Source of the DNA: Ostreococcus lucimarinus
Lineage: Eukaryota
Strand: one strand, 5' to 3'
Length of the DNA: 64,000 nucleotides
Assembly (NCBI GenBank): GCA_000092065.1
Contig: CP000581.1
Of this stretch, positions 46,886 through 58,000 are shown piece by piece. Below the pieces are notes generated by a model that was given only the letters and a program-made list of their open reading frames with translations, did no database searches and was not told where the DNA came from. The translations under genes were made by a program, and so were the position numbers. The stretch's first letter is position 1. Each line of letters begins with the position of its first letter.

Positions 46886-49534
46886 ATGTCGCACGACCCG
46901 CACGCGCTTCCCAATCGCGAGCGCGCGCTGTTCACCGCCGTCGTCGACGCGTACGAGACGAAAAAGTACGCCGAGGGCGTCGCGGCGGCGGATGCCATCC
47001 TGAAGAAATTTCCCGAGCACGGCGAAACGCTGGCGATGAAGGGGCTGATCGTGCGCTCGATGGACGAGGGACACGAGCGCCACGACGAGGCGCACGCGCT
47101 GTGCGCGCGAGGGATCGAGTGCCACCCGGGATCGCACGTGTGCTGGCACGTGCTCGGGTTGGTGCACCGAGCGGAGCGGAACCACGCGGAGAGCGCGAAG
47201 TGCTACGCGCAAGCGCTGAAGATCGATCCCGAGAACTCGCTGGTGATGAAGGATTTGTCGCTGGTGTACGCGCAGACGAGAAACGTGAAGGCGTTCGTGG
47301 AGCTGAGATGGAAGATTTTGTCGAGGAAGCGCGATCAGCGAATGTCGTACGTGGCGTTGGCGTGCGGGTTACATTTGATGGGGGAGCACGAGAACGCGTA
47401 TGAGGTGTTGGACAGTTACGAGAAGATACGAAGAGGGGCGAATATCGATCACCGCGGGGCGTGGAGGGATGAAGATCCCTTGATGAAGCGATTCGACGCG
47501 AGCGAGCTCGCGTTGTTCAAGGCGAAGCTGAAGCGCGCGGCGGGGAAGGAAAAAGACGCCTTGGCACTGTTAGAGCGCGGTGAGGAGACGATCGTGGACA
47601 AAGTGGCATATCTGACGTTTAAGGGCGAGGTGCAAGTCGCGCTCGGCATGAACGCTGCGGCTGAGGAGACGTATTGGAAGTTGCTCGAACGTTTGCCTGA
47701 CAGTTACGATTATCACGAGGCCCTGCGCGTCGTCAAGGGGCTTCCCGAGAAGGTGCACGACGGCGCGAAGGAGATTTCAGACGATGATATCGCAAAGTTG
47801 AAATCGCTTTACGAAGAAATCGGTTCGAAGTTGCAGTACTGCGCCGCGGCGAAGCGTTTGCCCTTATCGTTCACCAAAGCGGGCGAAGAGTTTAAGAAGC
47901 TCATCGTGACATACGTGGAAAAACCACTTCGTAAAGGCGTGCCGAGCTTGTTTGAGGATTTGAGGAATTTGTACGAAAATTCGGCGAAAGCGACACTGTT
48001 GGAAGACATTTTTACTGACACCGTGCGCTCGCTCAAGGAAAGTGGCAAGTTTTTATCCGGCGGTGCGACAAAGTCCGAGGACGAAAAGAAGGAATGCGTC
48101 ATGTACGCGGTCAACCTGCTCGCCATGCATTACGACGAGATGGGGCGTAGATCAAGCGACGGTGGCGCCAAAGAGTTCGCCAAGGCGATCGAGTGCATCG
48201 ACGAAGCGATCGCATCGAACGACTCGTGCGTGGAGTTGTACTTGAACAAGGCGACAATTCTCGAGCACGCAGGCGATTTGCAAGGCGCCGCGAACGCCGC
48301 GGAAACCTCTCGCAAACTCGATCTCGCCGATAGGTACTTGAACTCTAACTGTGTGCGACACATGTTGCGTGCCGGGCGTTACGCTTACGCGGAACAGCTC
48401 GCAGCCATGTTTGCGCGTGATGGCGATCAGGCGACGAATTCGTTCGACATGGAGGCGACGTGGTTCGAGCTCGAGGCGGCCAAGTGCCACATCAGAGGGA
48501 AGAAGTACGGGCGTGCGTTAAAATATTACCACGCAGTGCTCACGCATTTTGACCAGTTTATCGAAGATGAATTCGACTTTCACGGGTACTGTTTGCGACG
48601 AACGTCCATTAGCGCGTACTTGGACTTGTTACGAGCGGAGGATCGCATGTTCGCGAGACCGGAATTCCGCGAAGCGGCGCGGGGCGCGATCACACTTTAC
48701 GTCAACCTGTTCGACGAGCCACCGGCTAAGAAAGTGGCTGATTTAGAAGCAAAGCTCGCTGCCATGTCATCTGACGACGCCGCGAAATTCCGCGAGCACA
48801 TGCGCGTCGAGAGAGAACGCGAGGAAGCGGCGGAGAAGGCGCGCCTCGAGGCGTTGGAGGAGCAAAAGAAGATAGCCGCGGCGCAGGAAAGCAAGAACAA
48901 AAGCCCCAAGGACACCCCGCAGAAGGTTGATCCAGACCCTGTCGGTGAGGCTTTGGAAAACACCAATCAGCCGCTCGAACAAGCGATGAAATTCGTCGAA
49001 CCGCTGTTGAAGCACGCCGCTGATTACGAGGAGACGCAGCTTCTCGCGTTCGAAGTATTCATTCGTCAAGGCAAACCGATACTGGCGCTCAAAACGGTAA
49101 ATGAGGCATTAAAGATCGCCCCCAGCAGCTTCAGAGCGAAACGTAATATCGTTCGGCTGGCGCGTTCGGTCGAGAAGATGGACGAGTCGAATGCGATGAA
49201 GAAGATTTTGACGATGCAAGTCGGGAAATTGATGGGCGATAAAACGGCTTCTGAGTTCGCAGCTTCGATGTCGTTCGAAGAAGCGTCGCACCCGGTCGAC
49301 ATCGCGGCCGTTGCTTTCGCTAAGCGCGAGGTTGGCGATGACTCCGCCTTGGTTGAAGGCGCCAAGGCGACCAAGATGGGTGCAGAGTTCTCACTTGATG
49401 ATTACTTGAACGCTTTGGACACGTACGCCGACGCGAGTGAAGCCGCCGCTGAAGCGCTCACGAAAACGTGCGCTCAAGCGTTCCCGTACGCGACGTGTTT
49501 TGGTGGGGCCAAGTGCACCGCGCGCGAAAACTAG
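46886..49534 (+). CDS. NAA15: N-alpha-acetyltransferase NatA auxiliary subunit (NAA15/NARP1), TPR-rich
   Basis: ATG at 46886. LPNRERALFTAVVDAYETKKYAEGVAAADAILKKFPEHGETLAMKGL... matches the NAA15 N-terminus. 882 aa, with TPR repeats throughout and a K/E-rich segment. Confidence 0.85.
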   Translation: MSHDPHALPNRERALFTAVVDAYETKKYAEGVAAADAILKKFPEHGETLAMKGLIVRSMDEGHERHDEAHALCARGIECHPGSHVCWHVLGLVHRAERNHAESAKCYAQALKIDPENSLVMKDLSLVYAQTRNVKAFVELRWKILSRKRDQRMSYVALACGLHLMGEHENAYEVLDSYEKIRRGANIDHRGAWRDEDPLMKRFDASELALFKAKLKRAAGKEKDALALLERGEETIVDKVAYLTFKGEVQVALGMNAAAEETYWKLLERLPDSYDYHEALRVVKGLPEKVHDGAKEISDDDIAKLKSLYEEIGSKLQYCAAAKRLPLSFTKAGEEFKKLIVTYVEKPLRKGVPSLFEDLRNLYENSAKATLLEDIFTDTVRSLKESGKFLSGGATKSEDEKKECVMYAVNLLAMHYDEMGRRSSDGGAKEFAKAIECIDEAIASNDSCVELYLNKATILEHAGDLQGAANAAETSRKLDLADRYLNSNCVRHMLRAGRYAYAEQLAAMFARDGDQATNSFDMEATWFELEAAKCHIRGKKYGRALKYYHAVLTHFDQFIEDEFDFHGYCLRRTSISAYLDLLRAEDRMFARPEFREAARGAITLYVNLFDEPPAKKVADLEAKLAAMSSDDAAKFREHMRVEREREEAAEKARLEALEEQKKIAAAQESKNKSPKDTPQKVDPDPVGEALENTNQPLEQAMKFVEPLLKHAADYEETQLLAFEVFIRQGKPILALKTVNEALKIAPSSFRAKRNIVRLARSVEKMDESNAMKKILTMQVGKLMGDKTASEFAASMSFEEASHPVDIAAVAFAKREVGDDSALVEGAKATKMGAEFSLDDYLNALDTYADASEAAAEALTKTCAQAFPYATCFGGAKCTAREN

Positions 49535-49575
49535 AGCGCGCATAGTAGACTGCGATTCTGTGAAACACAATATTC

Positions 49576-49580
49576 TTACA
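49576..49580 (-). promoter_or_regulatory. TGTAA (reverse strand) 35 nt after the CHMP1 stop
   Basis: Plus-strand tattcttacaatt gives minus-strand aattgtaagaata. Confidence 0.3.
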
Positions 49581-49614
49581 ATTCTCTCCGCGGTGCTGGT
49601 CGCGACTCGCGGAA

Positions 49615-50396
49615 TCACGTCCCCTTCAGCGTCTCGAGACGGTTCGCTAAATCCGCTTCCGCTTGTTTCGCCGCTGGAATCGTCGTCCCTGCCGCGGGTA
49701 AATCACTCGCAAACTCCAACCCGTGCTCATCCGCGATTTGCTGCATCAGCAACGCCACGTCCTCCGGCGGCGTCGACAACGCCGACGTGTTCCCCATCGC
49801 CTGCTCCACGAATTCCGTCTGAACGTCCAAATTCTCGAACTGTTTCTCGAATTCATCCATCGTCTCCGAAACCTTCTCCAAATTGTTTGTGTTCAAGCTC
49901 TTCTCCAACGATTTCACGATGCCAGACATGTCTGCGTTGACCGCGTTCATCTTCGCCTGCGTCTCCAAACGCGCCACCACGCCGTCCAATCGACTCGCCA
50001 ACCGCAGCATATTCAACCCCTCGTTCTTCTTGCGTATCGCATCTTGCGCGTGTATTTTCGCCCCATCGATATTTCCGCGCTCGATCGCGCGCTTCACCTG
50101 CGAGCGTCGTCGATTCGCCGCGCGTCTCGTCGTCAGTTGCGCGTTCTCCGCCACCTGGCTCGTTCGCGTCCCGTCACCCGCCGCGCGCGGCGTCCAACGC
50201 GCGCGCGGCGTCCGCGCGTCGACCGCGAGCGTCGCGGCGTTAAAACGCGCACCTTTGATTTGTTCGCGCGCTCCTCGGCCTCGCACTTCTTCGCCGCGCG
50301 CGCGAGTGATTTCGCGGTGAATTTCAGATTGAAAATTTGATCTTGCAGCTTGGCGTCCGCGCTGCCGCGACCGAACAGGTTCGAAAGCAGACCCAT
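49615..50396 (-). CDS. CHMP1: CHMP1/Did2 (Snf7-family ESCRT-III protein), two exons: 49615..50097 and 50253..50396
   Basis: Exon 1 MGLLSNLFGRGSADAKLQDQIFNLKFTAKSLARAAKKCEAEERANKSK, donor AAG|GTGCGC. Acceptor GCAG|GTGAAG, giving VKRAIERGNIDGAKIHAQDAIRKKNEGLNMLRLASRLD.... The join matches human CHMP1 ...AEKAKIKKAIQKGNMEVARIHAE.... 155-nt intron (50098..50252). Confidence 0.75.
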
Positions 50397-50586
50397 GGCG
50401 CGGAGTCGCGCTTTGTTCGTTTCGTGCGCGCGCGCGTGCGGAAACGACGGAGACGCCGAGGTGGGTTTTGAGGACTGAGACGAGAGCGAGGCAACTGTCG
50501 GCGGACGCGACGGCGCCGGCGAGGACAGCTGAGCGTTGAACAGCGTGAATGAATTAAAATAAATGAGTGCGCGCGTCCTAGTTCAA

Positions 50587-51558
50587 CTACACGGACCAGA
50601 CCGCGCCGGTGAGCTTCACAGAGTCCTTCCACAGACGCGCCCATGCTTCGGCGTCGTACGCGCGCTCGTTGGCGCGTTTCGGCTCGTGCACCCCCGGCTT
50701 GCCGTCGTCGCTCAGCTCGCTCACGTACACGCCGCTCACGCCACGGTACTTCTCGTCCATGGCTAACGCGATCTGGCCGCGCGCGCCTTGCTCCGGAGTG
50801 ATGAGTTTGCCCGCGGCTTTTAACTGCGGATAAAAGTCGAGCGAAAGCGAACGATTCAACTCTGTGTCGACGACGCCAGGATGCACGGCGTTCACGGCGA
50901 CGTTCGTCACCCCTTTGGCTTTCAATCGACGATCGAGCTCAAACGTGAACATGATGTTGGCCATCTTCGTGCGCCCGTACGTGGCCCATCCTAGAAAAGG
51001 ATACCCGAAGACTCCCTCCGAGTTGACGTTGTGGAAATCGAGCGTGCCAAAGTTGTGCGCGATGCTCGACAGATTCACGATGCGCTTATCGTCCGACGGC
51101 GTGTTCACCATCGTGTCGAGCAGCAGCGACGTCAGCAAAAAGTGCCCCAGATGATTCACTTGCATCTGCAATTCGTTCCCGTCCTTCGTCTCGCTTCGCG
51201 ACGGCGGCGCCATGACGCCCGAGTTATTCACCAGCGCGTCCAATCGATCGTACTTCGCCTCGAACGCCCTCGCGAACGCGCGCACCGATTCAAAATCCGC
51301 CAAATCCACGAGCATGACGTCCACCTTCGCCTCCGGCACCGCCGCGAGCACGCGCGTCTTCGCCCGCTCGCCTCGCGCTTCGTCCCGCACCGCCGCGACG
51401 ACCCGTCGTCCAGCCTTCGCCGCCGCCTTCGCCGTCTCGTACCCGAGTCCGGTGTTCGCGCCCGTGATCACCACCACCTCGTCCCCGCGCGCGCCGCGCG
51501 TCGTCGCCGCACGTCGCTTCGTCACCGTCGTCGTCGCGCGACGCTCGCGCGACGTCAT
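50587..51558 (-). CDS. Short-chain dehydrogenase/reductase, retinol-dehydrogenase/TIC32-like
   Basis: VVITGANTGLGYETAK (TGxxxGxG). NNSGVM. catalytic-tetrad region YGRTKMANIMF. ORF 50587..52197 extends upstream into R/A/T low complexity. ATG taken at 51558 (MTSRERRATTTVTKRRAATT...). Confidence 0.75.
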   Translation of the reverse strand: MTSRERRATTTVTKRRAATTRGARGDEVVVITGANTGLGYETAKAAAKAGRRVVAAVRDEARGERAKTRVLAAVPEAKVDVMLVDLADFESVRAFARAFEAKYDRLDALVNNSGVMAPPSRSETKDGNELQMQVNHLGHFLLTSLLLDTMVNTPSDDKRIVNLSSIAHNFGTLDFHNVNSEGVFGYPFLGWATYGRTKMANIMFTFELDRRLKAKGVTNVAVNAVHPGVVDTELNRSLSLDFYPQLKAAGKLITPEQGARGQIALAMDEKYRGVSGVYVSELSDDGKPGVHEPKRANERAYDAEAWARLWKDSVKLTGAVWSV

Positions 51559-51655
51559 CGTCGTCGTCTTTCCATCCTTCGCTCCCGTCGCGCGCGTCGC
51601 GCGCGTCGCGCGCCGCGTCGGCGTCGCGCGCGCCGCGCATCGCGCGCGCATCGCT

Positions 51656-51687
<32 letters not shown>

Positions 51688-51754
51688 TGTGCTTTCGCCG
51701 CGTCGCGTCGCGTCGTCGCCGTGACGCTTTTTCGTCACATCGCGCCGCGCCGCG

Positions 51755-52708
51755 ATGTCGCTGCCGACGCACCGCGCGCGCGACCTCGCGGGCGCGCACG
51801 ACGGCGCCGTCCTCGCCGCGCGCTTCTCGCGCGACGCCGCGCACTGCGTGACGTGCGGGCGCGACCGCGCGTTCGCGCTCTGGAACGCGCGCAAGGGGAC
51901 GCTGCTCCGAGTGTACCGCGGCGGACACGCGCGAGAGGTTCGCGACGCGTCGTGCGCGCGAGACGGCGCGCGAATCGCCACGTGCGGCGGCGACCGAGGC
52001 GTGTTTCTGTGGGACGTCGCCACGGGGGCGAGCGTGCGACGGTGGAGCGGACACGAGGGCGAGGGAGGCGCGAACGCGACGGCGCTGTGCGGACCGGGGG
52101 ACGCGCTGTGCGCGAGCGCGGGGTACGACGCGAGCGTCAGACTGTGGGATTGTCGAGCGAGCGGCGCGAGGGCGATGCAGGTGATGCACGCGCGCACGGG
52201 AGTGGCGTTCGGGGACAGCGTGACGAGCCTGAGCGTGGACGAGGACGGGGCGAAAATCGCGGCGGGGTGCGTGGACGGATGCGCGAGGACGATTGATTTA
52301 AGAAACGGGAAATGTCACGTCGACAGCGTCGGCGCGCCGGTGACGAGCGTGTGCTTCAGTCACGATAAACAGTGTTTGATCGTGGGGTGCCTGACCTCGC
52401 GCGTCGCGCTGCTCGATTGCGCGAGCGGGAACGCGATGGCGACGTATCGCGGGCACGTCGCCGAGCGCGCGAAAACCGAGTGTCGATTCTCAAATACCGA
52501 CGCCCACGTCGTCGCGTCCTCCGAAGACGGCCGCGTGGTGTTTTGGGATTTAGTCACGGGCGACGTCGTGCGCGAGCTTCAGGCCCACGACCGATCCACG
52601 GTGGTGTGCTCGATCGATTACGCCCCGGAGGGCGCCGAGCCCGCGATGGCGACGTGCGCCGCCGACGGTACGGCGCGGTACTGGACCGCGCCACCAACCA
52701 CACAATAG
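51755..52708 (+). CDS. WDR83: WD40-repeat protein WDR83/MORG1 homolog
   Basis: 317 aa, aligns end-to-end with MORG1 (...CVTCGRDRAFALWNARKGTLLRVYRGGHAREV...VVASSEDGRVVFWDLVTGD...). Confidence 0.8.
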   Translation: MSLPTHRARDLAGAHDGAVLAARFSRDAAHCVTCGRDRAFALWNARKGTLLRVYRGGHAREVRDASCARDGARIATCGGDRGVFLWDVATGASVRRWSGHEGEGGANATALCGPGDALCASAGYDASVRLWDCRASGARAMQVMHARTGVAFGDSVTSLSVDEDGAKIAAGCVDGCARTIDLRNGKCHVDSVGAPVTSVCFSHDKQCLIVGCLTSRVALLDCASGNAMATYRGHVAERAKTECRFSNTDAHVVASSEDGRVVFWDLVTGDVVRELQAHDRSTVVCSIDYAPEGAEPAMATCAADGTARYWTAPPTTQ

Positions 52709-52733
52709 ACGCGTAAACTCGCTGCACATTGGC

Positions 52734-52757
52734 TGTAAATTGTACATATCGCTGTAA
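52734..52757 (+). promoter_or_regulatory. Two TGTAA motifs (52734-52738, 52753-52757) 26-50 nt after the WDR83 stop
   Basis: ggctgtaaattgtacatatcgctgtaacatcg. The local sequence is AT-richer than the flanks. Confidence 0.35.
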
Positions 52758-52890
52758 CATCGCCCATCTTCGCGCGCCCATCTTCGCGCGCGCGCCGCGT
52801 CTCGCCGCCGACGAAAATCAACCGAAAAACGCCGCCGCCCGCGCGCCGCCCCATCATCCGCCAGACGCCGCCGCGCCCGCGCGCGCGACG

Positions 52891-53520
52891 ATGCGCGCGA
52901 CGCCGCGCGCGCGCGGGGCGTCGAAGCGCGACGACGCGGACGCGCGACGCTCGACGCGCGCGACGCGCGCGCGGCGTTTGGTGGTTTTCCGACGCGGCGC
53001 GTACAAAGGTTTAAAGGAAAAACCGCCGTTTCGCACGACGTGGGACGTGCCCTGCGAGCGCCTGGACGTCAAGCTCGGACACCGCGACGGGACGGCGTCG
53101 CGGTTCGGGTCGATCGTCACCGTGTCGTGCGACGTCGAGCCCGTGGGGGCGCACGGCTTTTTTCTCGCCGCCGCGATTCGCGGCGCCGTCGACTGCGCGT
53201 GCGCGTCGTGCGGCGTCGTCTTCGCGCACGCGCTTCCGGAACACCGCGACGACGGCGACGACGACGATGACGTCGTCGTCGTCGACGCGCCGTGCGCGTT
53301 CACCGCTTGGCTCGATCCAGATTTCGTCTCCACCGCGGACGGCGCGTCGAGCGCGAGCGGCGACGCCGAGGTGTTCCCGTTCCCTCCCTCTCGCGACGCC
53401 GTCGATCTCACCGATCTCGTCGTCGACACGATCGACGCCTTCGGCGTGCCCGACGAGTGCGTGTGCGACGCCTGTCGCGCCGCCGAACCGCGCGCGTGGT
53501 CCACCGAGCGCGCGATGTAA
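52891..53520 (+). CDS. DUF177/YceD-like protein (plant homologs are plastid proteins needed for 23S rRNA accumulation)
   Basis: C-terminal DAVDLTDLVVDTIDAFGVPDECVCDACR matches the DUF177 D..DL...V.D.I.L..P...LC...C motif. Start taken at MRATPRARG (52891) because the 5' part of ORF 52729.. covers the WDR83 3' UTR containing TGTAA. Confidence 0.55.
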   Translation: MRATPRARGASKRDDADARRSTRATRARRLVVFRRGAYKGLKEKPPFRTTWDVPCERLDVKLGHRDGTASRFGSIVTVSCDVEPVGAHGFFLAAAIRGAVDCACASCGVVFAHALPEHRDDGDDDDDVVVVDAPCAFTAWLDPDFVSTADGASSASGDAEVFPFPPSRDAVDLTDLVVDTIDAFGVPDECVCDACRAAEPRAWSTERAM

Positions 53521-53604
53521 AAAAAAAACAATCGACGCGACGCTTCGCGTCCCGAGGTCGACCTCGGCGACGCTTCGGCGCGGCGTCAGATTCGGGCGCG
53601 CGCG

Positions 53605-54786
53605 ATGACGAGCGCGTACCGCGCGCTCGCGTTCGCGGCGCACGGCTACAGGGCGTACCTCGGCGACGCGTTCGAGCGCCTCAGGCTGCCGGCGCTGCCC
53701 GAGCGCGACCTGAGCGGCGCGGAGTGCGTCGTCACGGGCGCGAACCAGGGCATCGGATTCGAGGTCGCCGGCGCGCTCGTCGAGCGCGGCGCGCGCGTGC
53801 ACTGCGTGTGCCGGGACGAGGCGCGCGGAAGCGCGGCGGTGGAGGCGCTGAACGCGCGCGCGAGCCAGACGGGACGCGGACGCGGACGCGCGGAGCTGCA
53901 CGCGTGCGATCTGAGCTCGCTCGCGCAGACGCGGCGGTTCGTCGAGCGGTACACGGCGAGCGGACGAGCGCTGCACGCGCTGGTGTGCAACGCGGGAGCG
54001 ATGGTGCACGAACGAGGGAACACGAGCGAGGGATTCGAGCGGAACTTCGCGGTGAACACGCTCGGGACGCACGTCCTCGTCGCGGGGCTGCGGCCGGTGC
54101 TGGGACGCACGGCGCAGGGGGACGCGAACCTGGAGGGCGAGGGAGGGTACTACGCGCCGAGGGTCGTCGTCGTGTCGAGCGCGGGGATGATGACGGAGCC
54201 GCTGGAGGTGAAGGATTTGGAGATGCGGAGGACGAAGAAGTTTGACGGGGTGAAGCAGTACGCGCGCGGGAAGCGACACCAGACGGCGATGATGGAGCGT
54301 TGGGCGCGATTGGAGCTAGAGAACGTGGGCGAGGAGCGCGTGAAGAGCGGAAGGGGATACGTGGGGTATTATTCCATGCATCCGGGGTGGGTGGCGACGA
54401 CCGGGGTGGCGAACGCGTTGCCGAAATTTTACGCGTCCATGGCGGGGAAGCTTCGGACGACCGCGCAGGGCGCGGATACGATTCTCTACCTCTTGACGGC
54501 CGGGACGGAAGACTTGCAACCGGGAGCGTTTTACTTCGATCGTGCTCCCGTGGCGAAGCACATCACCTGCGGGTTCACGCGGTACGAGCCGAAGCAGGTG
54601 GACGCCCTCGTGAGCAAGCTCGACGCGTTGCAGGCGGAAGGTTCCGTGCGGAGCGAAAAGAACCTTCTCAAAGCGTCTGGCTCGTTTACGAAGGGCTCGG
54701 CGACTAAGGACGCGTCGACCAAGGACGCTTCGCCGTCGAGTGAGACGAAGACGAAACGCAGCAATCCGTCGTGGAACATTCGATGA
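53605..54786 (+). CDS. Short-chain dehydrogenase/reductase, DHRS12-like
   Basis: CVVTGANQGIGFEVAGALVERGARVHCVCRDEARG. NAGAMV. YARGKRHQTAMMERW. 393 aa with the extended C-terminus typical of DHRS12. Confidence 0.75.
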   Translation: MTSAYRALAFAAHGYRAYLGDAFERLRLPALPERDLSGAECVVTGANQGIGFEVAGALVERGARVHCVCRDEARGSAAVEALNARASQTGRGRGRAELHACDLSSLAQTRRFVERYTASGRALHALVCNAGAMVHERGNTSEGFERNFAVNTLGTHVLVAGLRPVLGRTAQGDANLEGEGGYYAPRVVVVSSAGMMTEPLEVKDLEMRRTKKFDGVKQYARGKRHQTAMMERWARLELENVGEERVKSGRGYVGYYSMHPGWVATTGVANALPKFYASMAGKLRTTAQGADTILYLLTAGTEDLQPGAFYFDRAPVAKHITCGFTRYEPKQVDALVSKLDALQAEGSVRSEKNLLKASGSFTKGSATKDASTKDASPSSETKTKRSNPSWNIR

Positions 54787-55088
54787 GCCAAACAGCGAAA
54801 TGAAAAAAAAGTACAAAAAAGCCACCGGCTGGCACGAGCCGTTGCGCGCGCGCATTCTGACAATCGTTCTTCACAATTCAATTCTTGTTATATCAAAATA
54901 TTATTTGCCCATCGTTCGCAAGTGCACGACTCGCACATCTCGAGCGAATCGTCCTGCATGCGTCGTCTTCTTCGTGTCTCTCGGATCGCGGTGTCGCGAG
55001 CAAAGCGAATCGAATCGGCGCGGAAACAAAAACTGTTTTCCTACAATCACCTTGTGATCGACAACTTTTTAGCTAAATTCTATGTGTG

Positions 55089-58000
55089 CTAGCGGCCAAT
55101 CGGCGGTGGGCCCGCGGAAGGGGATCCGCCGGTATCGAGACCGAATTTCTTTGCCTGTTGGTTTACCGCGATGGTGACGTACGCGCCGATGAAATCGTTG
55201 ATGATGAACACGGACAAACCAGCGAACATGCCGATGAAGAGCAGACAGCAACCGACGATGAGAATCTTTCGAAGCATCTCTGGGCCCAGAATTAAAGAAA
55301 GCGATCCGAGCGGGTCCATGAGACTCAATCTCGCGCGCACCGGTTCTCTGAGTTCCGGATCTCGGTTCGGCGCATCGCGCCCGGCGCCGACGGGCCTGAC
55401 TTCAGCTTTGCGCACCGGCATGAGTGAGAGCATTATCTCCACCTCGCCTTGGCACTCGTTGGGCTTGCTCGGGTGATACAACTTCAACCACCTTCCTTCA
55501 GCCGCGCCGTCGAAGATGTTGAAAGTCGATAAACTGTCTGTGAAAGACGACTTAAACTCCACAGTCGCCTCGGTGGCCAACTCTCCATCAGGCGAGTTGT
55601 CCACCGCGCGCATGAGCTGTCGGCACATGCCCGTCAATGGAATCGTAACTTCCCCGATGGCATCGTTAGCGCTGAACAAATCTCTGTCGTACGCTGAGAT
55701 TCGCAAAGCCCCTCGAGCGATCGGAAGCTCAAACCTGAAGATGTTTCTAAAGTTGAAGCTGCCTCGACCATCCGTGGCGAACCAGTGCGTGTCGGTTTCT
55801 TGCGCCTCCGTGAAGCGAGTTTGCGTCCTATCGAGACCGACGAGGGTAAGCTTGAAGAACAAGTCATTTTTACCACCGACATCTTTGTTCATGACTTTTC
55901 GCGCGCCAAACGTGACGCATCGAAGTTCAACTTCCATCACCGGAGGCGGCTGCAACGGAAACGCCGGCGGAGGCGCGTCGTGACCTTCATGGATCTCAAC
56001 GAACATTTCTAAAAAGCCTTGTGGAGTGTCGCTGTCCGGAAGAAGTAACGGTCTCATCTCCAGTGGTGGCGTTTCAGAGAGGTTTTGCACCCACACTGGG
56101 GAGAAGAATCTGTCCTCGATGTCGATGGAGCACGTGCCCAATAATATATCCTTGCCTCTCTTTTCCCAATCGTACACGTTGATGTCTACGATGGAGTCAC
56201 CAGGGACGTCGGTCTGAAACTGGAAAACCTTGTAAAACCACGGCGAAAGAGTTCGTTCGACTCGATCTTCACGCTTACCGTAACGCTTCTTCAAACCACG
56301 TTGATTGACGATGAGATACGGATCGCACAAACCCGTCGGGTCGGACGTTCGAAGGTCTCTTCCGCGAATCACGTACACGCGAACCGTGACCTCCGTTGGT
56401 GCGGAAGCCAAATCGCCTCCTCCCGCAATTCGCTGTACTTCAAGAAACTCATCTTTACCCATGGTTGCGAAATCTTCCTCTGGTTCCCATCTCGCCATCT
56501 CTTCCTCGTGAATTCTATCCAGGCGCCTCTTCTTTTCCTTCTTGTTCAGCGCCTCCTTGAGAGCTCTTTTTCGGTTGACCTTATTTTCGAGAAGGTTTTC
56601 TGCGACAAAACTCGTGTCTTCCCGAAGTGGTACGCTTCGGATGGCAACCTTGACGACACCCGCGAGTTCTTTTTCAGATGTGTTGTCCGCGAATCCTTTC
56701 GCATGGTACACTGGGATGGACATGAACTGCAAGGGCCGCAGCTCGTCCTCGAGTAAGCCGCCTGCGAGGATCATTCGGCCCTCCATCCAAATCGGGAGCT
56801 TACCGGTGCCGTCGTCAAAGGTGATGGCGTCTTGTTGCTCCGCATCGGAGTCACTCGATTCTTCTTCCACCGACTCCGCGTCATCGTTGTCGTCCTTCGA
56901 CGTACTACTGCCGAGGTCGTCGCTATCGCTCTCGCTGCTGGCGTACGACTTTTCCGTCTCCGTCCCGCTAATTTCAGTCTTGTCCGAGTCTGACTCGGAA
57001 GAATCTGGACGCTCGACTTCTTTGATAGACATCAGCTGATTTTTAGACTTGCGTCTTTCCTTACTGAAATCTTCAAGCGGAATGTATTTCCGCTTGCCAT
57101 CCATTGAGCGAATCATGTGATAACCCGCGGCAGACTCCGGCTCCGTCAATTTTTTTCCCTGTTTTTGCCCTTTTTGCATAGACTTCGAACTCGCCAATCG
57201 CGACATCTTACTCTTAGAGCTACCCAGCATGCTTGTCGACTGGTTTATAGCTGTACTCGACCGTTTCATGGATCCACTTTTATTCTTAAAAGTAACACTC
57301 GCGCCGAATAACTCAGAGTCGTCGTCGGCGTCGCTGAACTCGTTTGTGACTGTGTCAGAGTCGTCCTCGTACAAAGTAGTGTTCGTACCGAAAGTTCTCT
57401 CCGACTCGGATACAGTCGCGGACATCTCCGCCATGAGCTTCTCGCGAATCTCGTCTGGAGTCAATTTACGAATCTTGACTGACTTCAGTTTACTCACGAA
57501 TTCAGCCTCTTCGACTTTTTCGGAATCGCGGACACGAAGTGCATGCTCGGCAGTCGCGATGATGTGCGTCGAACTGTTCCGACCATCCATCACACGGATG
57601 GATAAACTGAGACGGACTTTATTGAGCCTCGTCATCATTCCGCTCAGTCTGAGAATCTCTCCCTTGAAGTTTGCGTTCGGTCCGTTTGGATACATTTGCT
57701 GACGTGTTCGTGCGAGATGAGCGCGCGAACCAAAGTACAAGGGCGTCACACCGTTGAGCTCAAACTCGACGCAAGGACGATGGACTGGAGTACCTCTGTA
57801 AGGTGTCAACCCGCGCACACCCAACACAACGAGCTCTACTGCGATAGCGGTTGCGCCGTAATGGTCCTCGAGCGGACGTACTGCAGAGTTGAGCCTCATC
57901 AACGCGAGCGCCTTGAAGGAAGAGTCTGCGACACCGGCGTACGCTGCGATGCCTTCCTTGGGCATCGGTAACAACTCATAAAACATGAGAATGTAACCGC

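Noticed and set aside
51031-54279. Long R-rich ORFs (51031..52296 +, 51290..52189 -, 53011..54279 -, 53292..54245 +)
   Set aside because: Alternative or antisense frames of the SDR, WDR83, DUF177 and DHRS12 genes. Translations are >30% Arg with no domain. This is a typical high-GC artefact.
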